Origin: an uncultured delta proteobacterium
GTDB taxonomy: Bacteria; Myxococcota_A; Polyangia; Polyangiales; Polyangiaceae
Length of the DNA: 64,000 nt
Assembly: GCA_963850305.1 (NCBI GenBank)
Contig: CAWKKR010000001.1
Location: forward strand, 160,001-224,000
Reading direction: 5' to 3'
The position numbers were made by a program, and so were the translations under genes. The notes below the pieces were generated by a model, which saw only the letters and a program-made list of their open reading frames with translations, had not been told where the DNA came from and made no database searches. Below are positions 52,805-62,575 of the stretch, piece by piece (positions within the stretch are counted from its first letter, which is position 1; every line of letters starts with the position of its first letter).

Positions 52805-54197
52805 ATGGAGCGGTCGGAGAACCCGTTTCGGGCGGCCTACTGGCTTGGAGGCGTCGACGCCCGGCCGCTCTCGCTGTTCCGGGTCGGCCTCGGGCTGACC
52901 CGGCTGCACGACCTGGCAAACTACGCGGTCGACCTCCGGGCGTTCGTCACCGACGTCGGCATGCTGCCTCGTGGCGTGCAGGGCGCACCGAACTTGTGGA
53001 ACGTGTTCGACTGGGTCGGCAGCCCGCCTGCAGTGGCGGCGGTGTTCGCGCTCGGATGCGTCGCGGTGGCAGCGTTCACGATCGGCTACGGGACGTGGCT
53101 CCCAACGCTGATCTCGTTCCTGTTCTTCACGTCCCTGCACACGAGGAACCTGTACGTCACCGACGGCGAGGATGATCTGGTCCGGAACCTCCTCTTCCTG
53201 TCGCTCTTCGGCGATCTCGGCGGCCGGTACAGCGTCGATGCGCGCGCGCGGGGACGGAAGGCAGATGTCCCGGCGCTAGGCCTGCGCTTCCTGCACGCCA
53301 CATCGCTCTGCTCTACTTCGTCGCCGCGCGCCTCAAGTTCCGCCGGGGCTGGCTCACGCACGACGTGATCTACCAGGTGCTGCAGCTCGTCGGCTTCGTG
53401 CGGCCGCCGGGGCATCTGCTCCAGTCCGCGCCGTCTCTGTGCTTCGCACTTGGAGTGATGACGCTCGGGCTCGAGTTCAGCTTCGCGTTCTTTGCCCTCT
53501 CGCCCGTCCGGACCGGGTGGTGCCGATTCTATGCCGTGATTGCGGGTCTCATGGTGCAGATGGGGATCCTCGTGACCATGCGAGTCGGCGTGTTCACCGA
53601 GACGGTGATCGTCTCCATGCTGCTCTTCGTTCAGCCCGAGTGGCTCGACGGTGAGTTCCCGTGGCAGGGCCGGCCTGCCCCGGGCTCGGACGCGCCGTGG
53701 TCTTCTCTGATTTCTCCCGGACCGCGCCTCCTGGCCTTCGCGTTCCTGTCGTTTCACTTCGTCGCGATCGCGTGGGGGCCCTTCATCGCGCGGCGGTTCC
53801 CACCCCCCCGATGGGTCCTGACCGAGCGCCGCCTCCTCTGGCTCGATCAACCGTTCGGTCTGTTCGACGTAGTTTACGACATACCCGCGTGGCACGTGAC
53901 CGGAACGCTCCCCGATGGCGGCACGATCGACGTGCTTCCGGTCGCCGTACCGGCGCTTGTGCCACGTGTCGCGTGGAGCTTTTCACGCTGGTACAAGTTC
54001 ACATTCAAGGAACGCGAGCGCCCTTCAAGTTTCCGCAAATCGCGGCGTTCCTCTGCAAGGAGTACGCGGGGAACACGGCCGTGCAGCTCAGCTCCGTGAC
54101 CATCGCCGAGACGCGCTCGCCGCCACTCGTCCCTGGGGTGCCGTTGCGCCCGCCGGTCCGGCGGGTGCGCTTCACCGGCCCCTGTCCGTCACCGTGA
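52805..54197 (+). CDS. HTTM-domain membrane protein with two frameshifts (~53297, ~54022)
   Basis: LSLFRVGLG, SLHTRN..V.DG.D and YSVDA motifs. Re-framing gives ...HIALLYFVAARLK...W, then TLGLE, LDQPFGLF and PFKFPQIAAFLC. Three ORF fragments join into one protein. Confidence 0.75.
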
Positions 54198-55077
54198 CGG
54201 ACGCTGCCGTACCGAGCGCGCGATCGAGGAACGCGACCACCCGCGCCTCGTACTCGGCCGGCGCCTTCTCGAAGCACTCGCCATGCTCGGCGCCGGGGAC
54301 GACGAATCTCTCCTTGGGCGGCTTCGCGGCCGCATAGATCCGGTCCATGACCCACGGCGGAGTGTCGGTGTCGGAAAGCCCCTCGACGAGGAGCAGGGGG
54401 CGCGGGGCGATGAGCGACACGTCGTCGATGGGGTGGATCGCGTTCACGTCGACCCCGGAAGCGCGGTACCCGAGCAGGGCCGGGATGCGCGCGACGAAGC
54501 CTCGCCTCTGGGTCTTGTACGCGTTCTCGTCACGCAGCGAAGTCCACGTCGCGTAGAGAATCGTGGCGCCCACCCGGGGGTCCTCGGCACCGGCGCGGGC
54601 CACGGCCGAAGCGCCCACCGAGTGCCCGAGGATCGCCACCCGGTCGACGCCCGGTCGCGACAGCGCGTACGTCACGGCGTCCTTGACGTCGTCAGCTTCA
54701 CGGTAGCCCCACGTCGCGGCGTCCCCGCTGCTCTCGCCGGAGTCCCGGCAGTCGTAAAGGAGGACGCCGTAGCCGTGCCGCGCGATCGCGATGGCCTCCG
54801 GCAACAACGAGGCGCGATTGCCCCCGAGCCCGTGCGTGAAAATGACCACCCTGCCGTTTCGGGGTGGCGCGTACCAGCCGCGAAGCGTCACGTCCGAGCC
54901 CTGGAAGCTCACGTCGGTCATTCCCGGCAAGGATCGTGCGGCGAGCGCACGCTGGTCGGCCGTGACGCGGGTCCGCGCCGGGTGACACTGGTCCCAGCCG
55001 TAGCGGAAATAGTGACCGAAAACCGCCGCGGGCACGATGAGAACCGCGACGAACTCGACGACGTGGAGATGCCGCAC
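54172..55077 (-). CDS. Membrane-anchored alpha/beta hydrolase
   Basis: LRGWY, HGLG, nucleophile GHSVG, then D and H (GAEH) of the triad; N-terminal TM. Confidence 0.9.
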   Translation of the reverse strand: MRHLHVVEFVAVLIVPAAVFGHYFRYGWDQCHPARTRVTADQRALAARSLPGMTDVSFQGSDVTLRGWYAPPRNGRVVIFTHGLGGNRASLLPEAIAIARHGYGVLLYDCRDSGESSGDAATWGYREADDVKDAVTYALSRPGVDRVAILGHSVGASAVARAGAEDPRVGATILYATWTSLRDENAYKTQRRGFVARIPALLGYRASGVDVNAIHPIDDVSLIAPRPLLLVEGLSDTDTPPWVMDRIYAAAKPPKERFVVPGAEHGECFEKAPAEYEARVVAFLDRALGTAASVTVTDRGR

Positions 55078-55287
55078 GGCGGCTCGTCTATCACGACGTC
55101 CCGCGGCCCGCCCGGCTCAAGAGCCGCGTGACCGCCGGACCCGGAGGAGACGCAGAGCTACTGCCAGAAACACCGATTCTGCGCGGCGATGGGCGATCCA
55201 GTGCCACCCGCCGCGGGTGAGCTGCGGGCTGCGGCCGCGCCTGCGCCCGATCGGAATTGATATCCCGTTTCTCGGTCCGGGCGCATC

Positions 55288-57876
55288 ATGCACCAAACTA
55301 TGACGTCCGCGAACTCAGGGCGCGCCGCGTCGCGCACCCGGCAAAGCATCTGGCTCTCCGTGCTCACGGCGATCCTGCTCGGCGTCGTCGGATGCGGCAG
55401 CTCCGGGTCCTCCCGGACGCGTTCTCGCGATGGGGGGCTCGACGGGCAGGCGGGGTTCGGCAATCCGTTCGGAGGGAGCGGCAACGCGGGCGGGGCCGGC
55501 GCGGGCGGATTTGCGGGCGGCGCGGGCGGCGCGGGCAGCGGCGGGGTCGTGACGGCCCGCGGCGGCACGGGTCCGGGAGATGCCGGGACGTGCGGCGCTC
55601 CAGGGCAAGCGTGCTGTCCCGACAATTCCTGCGACCCGGGAGGCGTCTGCAACGGAGCGACGTGCACACCGTGTGGCGACGTCGGGCAGCTCTGCTGCGG
55701 GGGCTACTGCAACTCCGCGCAGGCGGCTTGCTCCGGCGGCACCTGCCAGCCCTGCGGCGGCCCCGGGCAACCATGTTGCAACGGCAACGCGTGCGGCGGG
55801 GGCGGTTGCTGCACGAGCGGCACGTGCATCGCACAGGGCACGGGCTGCCCGAACGGCGTCGCGTGCAATCAGGGCGGGTGCGGCACGTGCGGTGGGCTCG
55901 GGCAGCAGTGCTGCACCGGGAGTACGTGTACCGCGCCGGGCGCGACGTGCTCCGCGGGCTCGTGCTCGCCGTGCGGCGGCGCGGGCCAGCCCTGCTGCAG
56001 CTACACCCAGTGCACCGCGGCGAAGACGATCTGCAGAGGCGTGTGCGAGCAATGTGGCGTCCCCGGCAGCCCCTGCTGCCCCGGCAACGAATGCGACACC
56101 GGTTGCTGCGATTCGACGCAGCTCGTCTGCCGAGCGACAGGGAGCGCCTGTTCGGCGGGTGACCTGTGCCTCGACTCGGGCCATTGCGCGGGCTGCGGCG
56201 GCGACGGTCAGCCCTGCTGCGCGGGCGACACGTGCAACACGGGGTGCTGCGACACGGAGGTCGCTACCGCGAAGATTTGCCGCGCCTCGGGCGAGCGCTG
56301 CGATGCGGGCAAGGTCTGCACGGGGCCGAACACGTGCACGGTTTGCGGCGGGTCGGGCCAGGATTGCTGCGCGGACGGCCGATGCGCCGCGGGCTTTGCG
56401 TGCAACGGCTCAGGTAAATGCGCGGCGTGCGGCGGCCCGGGGCAGCCGTGCTGCCTCGGCGGCTCGTGCGCAGCGGGCAACGCTTGCGCGGCCGGGACAT
56501 GCACCGCGTGCGGCGGCGCGAACCAGCCGTGCTGCGCCGGCGGTGTCTGCCCGGCCTCCGGCACCGCGTGCAGCGGTGGTGTATGCCAGGTCTGCGGCGC
56601 CGCGAACGAGCCCTGTTGCGTCGGTAACACCTGCACCGACACGGGAACCGTCTGCTGGTACGCGGGGGAAGGCATGACCTGTCAGGCGTGCGGCGGCTCG
56701 GGGCAGCCCTGCTGCGACGGCGGGGCGTGCGATGCCGGCGGATGCTGCGACGGCAATCGCTGCATCTCGAGCGGCACCACGTGCGTCTTCTCCGGCACCG
56801 GAACGTGCACCAACGGAGGATGCGGCACCTGCGGCGGCGCGAACGAGCCCTGCTGCGGTAGCTCGTGCGCGGCGGGTAACTTCACGTGTGGGAGCACTTC
56901 CACCAGCGCGGCCGAGTGCGTTCCCTGTGGCGGCGTGGGCCAGCCGTGCTGCGACCGGACCTACTGCGCGACGGGGTGCTGCCAGAACTACGACACGTGC
57001 GTCGCCGTCGGGTCGTCGTGCGGCACGGACCAGGGTTGCTTCTCCAAGAACGAGTGCGCCTACTGCGGGGTCGGCGGGACACCGCCGTGTCCGGGGCAGG
57101 CCGCCTGCTCGAAGGGCGCTTGCCTGGACGCCACGAGCCAAGTGTGCGTGGTGCCGGGCGCGTCAGGAACGAACCCTGATACCGTGTGTGTCGCGGGGTC
57201 CTTCGCCCCGTGCGGCGGAACGGGCCAGCCGTGCTGCGGGAACACGACGTGTTCCGGCGCGGACTGCTGTGCGAACGGGATCTGCGTTGCCGGGGGCGCC
57301 GCGTGCGGCGGCACGCTCGCGGGGAACTGCTCCACCAAAGCCCTCGGCGGGTGCGGCAGTTGCGGCGGCGAAGGCCAGGCCTGCTGCCAGGGGACCGGAA
57401 ACGACTCGACATCGAACTTCTGCACGGGGCCAGGCCTCGTGTGCGGCGGCAGCACCTGCACGGTCTGCGGCGCCTCGGGCGAACCGTGCTGCGCGGGCAA
57501 CACGTGCGCGGGGGCGGGCTGCTGCGTCGACGGTAAGTGCGTCGACGGCGGGTCGAATTGCGGCACGAGCTCGGGCGGCGTGTGTGATAGCGGCGTCTGC
57601 AGGAGCTCCGCTGGCGACTGTGGCGGCCTCGGCTCGCAGGAGACGTCGAACTGTTTGCTGAACAGCTGCACCGCGCCGTACGCGTCGAGCGACGTCGACC
57701 AGTGTAGCCCCTGCGGCCTCGACGGACAGTCGTGTTGCGGCGGCCGCTACGGCTATTGCACGAGCTCGCTCGCCTGCAACGACGAGACGTGCACCCACTG
57801 CGGCCTCTCGGGTCAGCCCTGCTGCCCGGGCGGCTTCTGCACCGTCGGCACGTGCAGCAGCGGCACCTGCCCCTGA
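55288..57876 (+). CDS. Cys/Gly-rich repeat lipoprotein (~21 CGxxGQPCC-type repeats)
   Basis: Lipobox LLGVVGC, Gly-rich linker, then 19 CGxxxxxCC repeats plus 2 degenerate copies, counted by eye. Confidence 0.88.
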   Translation: MHQTMTSANSGRAASRTRQSIWLSVLTAILLGVVGCGSSGSSRTRSRDGGLDGQAGFGNPFGGSGNAGGAGAGGFAGGAGGAGSGGVVTARGGTGPGDAGTCGAPGQACCPDNSCDPGGVCNGATCTPCGDVGQLCCGGYCNSAQAACSGGTCQPCGGPGQPCCNGNACGGGGCCTSGTCIAQGTGCPNGVACNQGGCGTCGGLGQQCCTGSTCTAPGATCSAGSCSPCGGAGQPCCSYTQCTAAKTICRGVCEQCGVPGSPCCPGNECDTGCCDSTQLVCRATGSACSAGDLCLDSGHCAGCGGDGQPCCAGDTCNTGCCDTEVATAKICRASGERCDAGKVCTGPNTCTVCGGSGQDCCADGRCAAGFACNGSGKCAACGGPGQPCCLGGSCAAGNACAAGTCTACGGANQPCCAGGVCPASGTACSGGVCQVCGAANEPCCVGNTCTDTGTVCWYAGEGMTCQACGGSGQPCCDGGACDAGGCCDGNRCISSGTTCVFSGTGTCTNGGCGTCGGANEPCCGSSCAAGNFTCGSTSTSAAECVPCGGVGQPCCDRTYCATGCCQNYDTCVAVGSSCGTDQGCFSKNECAYCGVGGTPPCPGQAACSKGACLDATSQVCVVPGASGTNPDTVCVAGSFAPCGGTGQPCCGNTTCSGADCCANGICVAGGAACGGTLAGNCSTKALGGCGSCGGEGQACCQGTGNDSTSNFCTGPGLVCGGSTCTVCGASGEPCCAGNTCAGAGCCVDGKCVDGGSNCGTSSGGVCDSGVCRSSAGDCGGLGSQETSNCLLNSCTAPYASSDVDQCSPCGLDGQSCCGGRYGYCTSSLACNDETCTHCGLSGQPCCPGGFCTVGTCSSGTCP

Positions 57877-57951
57877 GGACCCGCGCGCGCCGGCCTTCAG
57901 CGTGGCTCGGCAGTGTCGGCGACGATGTGCCGCTCGTGTTATTCCGGGCCA

Positions 57952-58503
57952 GTGCTCGCCGCCGACGTCCGCGCCCTCCTCGACGACTACGCCCCCATCG
58001 ACGCTCGGGAGTCCCTCTTCCGCGACCGCATGCTCTCGCTGACCGAGCACCCCTACCCCTTCGCTCGCTCCACCTTCGTCCCCGGTCACTTCACCGCGAG
58101 CGCGTTCGTGCTCTCGCCGGACCGGAGCGCGCTCGCACTCATCTTTCACCGCAAGCTCCGGCTCTGGTTACAACCGGGGGGCCACATCGAGTCGTCCGAT
58201 GCGAGCGTGCCGGCCGCCGCACGGCGTGAGGTCGAAGAAGAGCTGGGGTTCGTCGCGCTCCCATCCACGGCCGGGGACCTGTTCGACATCGACATTCACC
58301 GCATTCCCGGTCGCGCGGACGAGCCCGAGCACGAACACTTCAATCTGCGCGTCCTGCTGGTCGCCCCGAACGTCCATCTGCATCCGAGCGAGGAGGTCGA
58401 AGGAGCTCGATGGGTCCCACTCGACGACATCGCGCGATTCGTCACGGACGAATCCGTGGCACGAGCGGCGAGAAAGCTCGGCAGGGGCCCCGCAATCCCT
58501 TGA
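57952..58503 (+). CDS. NUDIX hydrolase; start uncertain (ORF open from 57913)
   Basis: PGHFTASA and HRKL..WLQPGGH; Nudix box GGHIE...AARREVEEELG; DIDIH. Confidence 0.9.
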   Translation: MLAADVRALLDDYAPIDARESLFRDRMLSLTEHPYPFARSTFVPGHFTASAFVLSPDRSALALIFHRKLRLWLQPGGHIESSDASVPAAARREVEEELGFVALPSTAGDLFDIDIHRIPGRADEPEHEHFNLRVLLVAPNVHLHPSEEVEGARWVPLDDIARFVTDESVARAARKLGRGPAIP

Positions 58504-61215
58504 AGCCCGGGCACTGCTTCGTCGGGCGTCCGGCGCGCTCGATCGAATCGACGCCGGATCCACCTTGTCGCCGTCGACCCCCAAGGTGTCCAGAGCTTGG
58601 GCCACTTCGACTGCATCCGCCTGGCCTTCGAGACGGAGCGCATCGAGAGCCGCGACGACGATCGACTCGGCGTCGACCTCGAAGTGGCGGCGGAGGGCTT
58701 CACGCGTGTCGCTCATGCCGTAGCCGTCGGTGCCGAGGGGAACGAACCGGCCCGGGACGAACCGCGCGATCTGGTCCGGCACGGCCTTCATATAGTCGCT
58801 CGCTGCAATGAAGGGGCCTTTGACGCCGGTCAGCGTGGTCGTCACATAGGGAACTCGCGCGGGCGAGAGCGGCTGGAGCCGATTGTGTCGCTCGGCGGCG
58901 AGGGCGTCACGACGGAGCTCGGAGTAGCTCGTGACGCTCCAGACGTCGGCGCACACGTCGAAGCGTTCACCGAGCGTCTCCTGCGCGCGAAGCACCTGCA
59001 TGAGAATGGATCCGCTGCCGAAGAGCTGCACACGACGCTTCCCATTCCCGCCTGCACGATAGCGATACAGGCCGCGCAGCACGCCTTCCTTCACGTCGCC
59101 GGGCGACTCCGGCATGCGATAGCCCTCGTTCTGGAGGGTGATGTAATAGATGACGTTCTCTTGCTCCGCGATCATGCGGCGAAGGCCCTCCTCGACGATC
59201 GTCGCGAGCTCGTACGCGAACGCGACGTCGTAAGCGGCGACCGCCGGTACCGTGCTCGCGAGGAGGAGGCTGTGTCCATCTTCGTGCTGGAGGCCTTCGC
59301 CATTCAGCGTGGTGCGCCCGGCGGTCGCGCCCAGCAAGAAGCCGCGCGTCATCGCGTCGCCCGCCGCCCAGATCTGATCGCCGGTTCGCTGGAAGCCGAA
59401 CATCGAATAGAACGTGTAGAAGGGGATCATCGGTTCGCCGTGCACCGAGTAAGCAGTCCCCGCGGCGACGAACGACGCCATCGAACCGGCTTCCGTGATG
59501 CCCTCCTCGAGCACCTGGCCGTCCTTGGTTTCTCGGTAATAAATGAGATGCCCCTTGTCGACGGGCTCGTAGAGCTGGCCTTGCGACGAATAGATGCCGA
59601 CCTGCGCGAAGAGCGCGTCCATGCCGAAGGTGCGTCCTTCGTCCGGGATGATCGGCACGATCCTCCGGCCAATGGACTTGTCGCGGACAAGCTTCGACAG
59701 GAGCCGCGTGAAGACCATCGTGGTGGACGCTTCCCCGGCCTTCATCCCCGCGTGGAACTCGGCGTAGAGGTCCTCTCCGGGTAGCTCCAGCGATACCTGG
59801 ACACCCGTGCGGCGCGTCGGGAGGGGCCCGCCGAGTGCCCGCCGTCGCTCGAGAAGGTACTGGACTTCCTCGCTGTTCGGACCGGGGTGATAGAAGGGCG
59901 CCTCGGCAATCTGCGAGTCCGGCACCGGCAGTTCGAGGACGTCCCGGAACCGAGCGAGCTCGAGGGCTTCGAGCTTCTTCTTCTGGTGCGTCACGTTCGC
60001 GCCCTCGAAGCCCTCGCCGAGCGTCCAGCCTTTGACCGTGTGCGCGAGAATGGCCGTCGGTTTGCCCTCGGTTTCGATGGCCGTCTGGTAAGCGGTGTAG
60101 AGCTTGCGCAAGCTGTGGCCGCCGCGGCGCAGGCGACGGATGTCCTCGTCCGTGAGATGAGAGACGAGCTGCGAGAGCCGCGGGTCCGTGCCGAAAAAGT
60201 GCGACCGTGTGTAGGCGCCGTCCGCGGTCGCGTACTTCTGTAGCTCGCCGTCCACCACGTCGTTGCAGCGACGCACCAGCACCCCCTCTTCATCGCGAGC
60301 AAAGAGGGGATCCCATTCCGGACCCCAGATGACCTTGAGCACGTTCCAGCCCGCCCCGCGGAAGACGGCCTCGAGCTCCTGGATGATCTTGCCGTTGCCA
60401 CGAACGGGGCCGTCGAGACGCTGCAGGTTACAGTTCACGACGAACACGAGGTTGCTGAGCCCCTCACGCGCCGCCACGCTCAGGCTCCCGAGCGATTCGG
60501 GCTCGTCCGTCTCGCCGTCGCCGAGGAACGCCCACACGCGCGACCGGGACGTATCCGCGATCTTTCGGTTGTGGAGATACCGGTTGAAGCGAGCCTGATA
60601 AATCGCGGAGATGGGGCCGAGGCCCATGCTGACCGTCGGAAACTCCCAGAAGCCCGACATGAGCCGCGGGTGCGGGTAGGACGAGAGCCCGCGCCCCCGC
60701 TCGACCTCGCGACGAAAGCGCTCGAGGTGTCCGACCTCGAGGCGACCTTCTAGAAACGCGCGCGCGTAGATGCCCGGCGCGGCGTGCCCCTGGAAGTAAA
60801 CCTGATCGCCGGACCCCTCCGCGTTGCGTGCGCGGAAGAAGTGATTGAACCCGAGCTCCACGAGGCTTGCGCTCGACGCGTACGTCGACAGGTGTCCGCC
60901 GAGACCCGCGGAACGCGTGTTCGCCCGGTGCACCATCGCGACGGCGTTCCAGCGGATGATGCGGCGGATGCGCTTCTCGAGGTCGGCGTCGCCGGGATAT
61001 TCCTTTTCCTCGGCAGCGGGGATGGTGTTGACGAAGTCCGTCGTGAGCGGACCTTCGGGGAGTGCGCCGCGCCGGCGCGCAACCTCCATGATGCGCTTGA
61101 TCAAGAACCGAGCGCGGGGCTTGCCGCGGGCCTGGAGCACCGCCTCGAGGGAGTCCACCCACTCGCCTGTTTCCGTGGGATCGCCGTCAACCGGCTCGGG
61201 TCGAAAGGTGTGCAT
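58168..61215 (-). CDS. aceE: Pyruvate dehydrogenase E1, homodimeric type; expected stop near 58543 reads CGA
   Basis: ETGEW, RWNA, GGH.STYAS, SSYPHP, PTVSMGLG, GDGETDEPE, NCNLQRLDGPV, EGITEAG, YSMFGFQR and GEGLQH motifs. Confidence 0.96.
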   Translation of the reverse strand: MHTFRPEPVDGDPTETGEWVDSLEAVLQARGKPRARFLIKRIMEVARRRGALPEGPLTTDFVNTIPAAEEKEYPGDADLEKRIRRIIRWNAVAMVHRANTRSAGLGGHLSTYASSASLVELGFNHFFRARNAEGSGDQVYFQGHAAPGIYARAFLEGRLEVGHLERFRREVERGRGLSSYPHPRLMSGFWEFPTVSMGLGPISAIYQARFNRYLHNRKIADTSRSRVWAFLGDGETDEPESLGSLSVAAREGLSNLVFVVNCNLQRLDGPVRGNGKIIQELEAVFRGAGWNVLKVIWGPEWDPLFARDEEGVLVRRCNDVVDGELQKYATADGAYTRSHFFGTDPRLSQLVSHLTDEDIRRLRRGGHSLRKLYTAYQTAIETEGKPTAILAHTVKGWTLGEGFEGANVTHQKKKLEALELARFRDVLELPVPDSQIAEAPFYHPGPNSEEVQYLLERRRALGGPLPTRRTGVQVSLELPGEDLYAEFHAGMKAGEASTTMVFTRLLSKLVRDKSIGRRIVPIIPDEGRTFGMDALFAQVGIYSSQGQLYEPVDKGHLIYYRETKDGQVLEEGITEAGSMASFVAAGTAYSVHGEPMIPFYTFYSMFGFQRTGDQIWAAGDAMTRGFLLGATAGRTTLNGEGLQHEDGHSLLLASTVPAVAAYDVAFAYELATIVEEGLRRMIAEQENVIYYITLQNEGYRMPESPGDVKEGVLRGLYRYRAGGNGKRRVQLFGSGSILMQVLRAQETLGERFDVCADVWSVTSYSELRRDALAAERHNRLQPLSPARVPYVTTTLTGVKGPFIAASDYMKAVPDQIARFVPGRFVPLGTDGYGMSDTREALRRHFEVDAESIVVAALDALRLEGQADAVEVAQALDTLGVDGDKVDPASIRSSAPDARRSSARASRDCGAPAELSRRSCHGFVRDESRDVVEWDPSSSFDLLARMQMDVRGDQQDAQIEVFVLGLVRATGNAVNVDVEQVPGRGWERDEPQLFFDLTPCGGRHARIGRLDVAPRL

Positions 61216-61303
61216 CGTCCACCGTTTTCCCGCTTTCTCGGACCCACGGCAACCGACTCCTTCGCGCCCGACCATCCGACCTTGCGGTATAGAGGTCTCG
61301 CAC

Positions 61304-62476
61304 ATGCCGAGAACCGCGCAGCTCGCCGTTTTCATCGGGATTGCCCTGTCGATCATGGGGGCCATCCACTATTATGTCTGGCTGCGTCTGGTGTCCGAGC
61401 CGGCGCCCGAATATCGGCGCGCCCTCACGGCGGGGTTCTTGCTGATGTTCGCCAGCATCCCCTTCACGTTCTACGCGAGCCGCGTCGGGGACGTTGCGAC
61501 GCGGCGCTTCACGACGATGCCTGGGTACATCTGGATGGGGGTCGTGTTCATCCTCTTCTCGCTGCTCGTGTCCGTCGACGTCGCGCGACTGGTCGGCGCC
61601 ATCGTGCGCCGGATCGTCGCGGAGGCGCCACCGGTCGAGCCCGATCGGCGCCTGGCGCTCGCGCAGATCGTCGCGGGCGGCGTCGCGCTCGTGGGCGGCA
61701 TCGCGTCGCTCGCGGCGCTGCGTTCGGGGCTCGGTCCAGTGGCGGTCAAGGAGGTCCGCGTGAAACTCGGCCGGCTCCCGCGGTCGCTCCACGGGACCAC
61801 TCTCGTCCAGATCAGCGACGTGCACATAGGGCCGACACTCGGGCGCGCGTTCATCGAACACATCGTCGCGAGTGTGAATGCGCTCGCGCCGGACCTCGTC
61901 GCGATCACGGGCGATCTCGTGGACGGCTCCGTGGGGCATCTGAAGGACGAGGTCGCGCCGATCGCGAACCTGAAGTCCCGCTTCGGCACCTATTTCGTCA
62001 CGGGCAACCACGAATACTACTCGGGTACGGAGTCCTGGTGTCGGGAGCTCACGCGGCTCGGTATCCGCGTGCTTCGAAACGAACGCGTCGCCGTGGGCGA
62101 CGAGAACGGCAGCTTCGACCTGGCGGGCATCGACGACCACGACGCGACACGCTTCGGCGGCACGTCGGACGTCGCGAAGGCCGTCGAGGGCCGCGATCCG
62201 TCGCGCGAGCTCGTGCTGCTCGCGCACCAGCCGCGCTCGGCATTCGAGGCGGACCGTCACGGCGTAGGACTGCAACTCTCGGGACACACGCACGGCGGCC
62301 AGATCTGGCCCTGGAGCTACCTCGTTTATCTCCAGCAACCGATCGTCGCAGGGCTCGGTCGCATCGGGAAGACTCTCGTATACGTGAGCCGCGGAACGGG
62401 CTACTGGGGACCGCCGATGCGCCTGGCTGCGCCCGCGGAGATCACCCGCATCGTGCTCGAGGCGGCGGACTCCTAG
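61304..62476 (+). CDS. Membrane-bound metallophosphoesterase (YkuE/YaeI-like)
   Basis: N-terminal TMs; SDVH, GDLVD, GNHE, AHQP and SGHTHGGQ motifs. Confidence 0.93.
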   Translation: MPRTAQLAVFIGIALSIMGAIHYYVWLRLVSEPAPEYRRALTAGFLLMFASIPFTFYASRVGDVATRRFTTMPGYIWMGVVFILFSLLVSVDVARLVGAIVRRIVAEAPPVEPDRRLALAQIVAGGVALVGGIASLAALRSGLGPVAVKEVRVKLGRLPRSLHGTTLVQISDVHIGPTLGRAFIEHIVASVNALAPDLVAITGDLVDGSVGHLKDEVAPIANLKSRFGTYFVTGNHEYYSGTESWCRELTRLGIRVLRNERVAVGDENGSFDLAGIDDHDATRFGGTSDVAKAVEGRDPSRELVLLAHQPRSAFEADRHGVGLQLSGHTHGGQIWPWSYLVYLQQPIVAGLGRIGKTLVYVSRGTGYWGPPMRLAAPAEITRIVLEAADS

Positions 62477-62575
62477 CGGCGGTGCTAGGGTCGCGCGCGC
62501 GCTGCGAAGCTCCGGCTCTCGTGGCTGCGCGGAGAGTTCGAGAACGCCGGCAGCGTCCGGCTCGGAGGCATCGAG

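Noticed and set aside
55588..57876. Recurrent CAGCCGTGCTGC-like DNA motifs as a possible CRISPR array or tandem repeat
   Set aside because: The copies are degenerate at third codon positions, irregularly spaced and in frame, so this is a protein repeat
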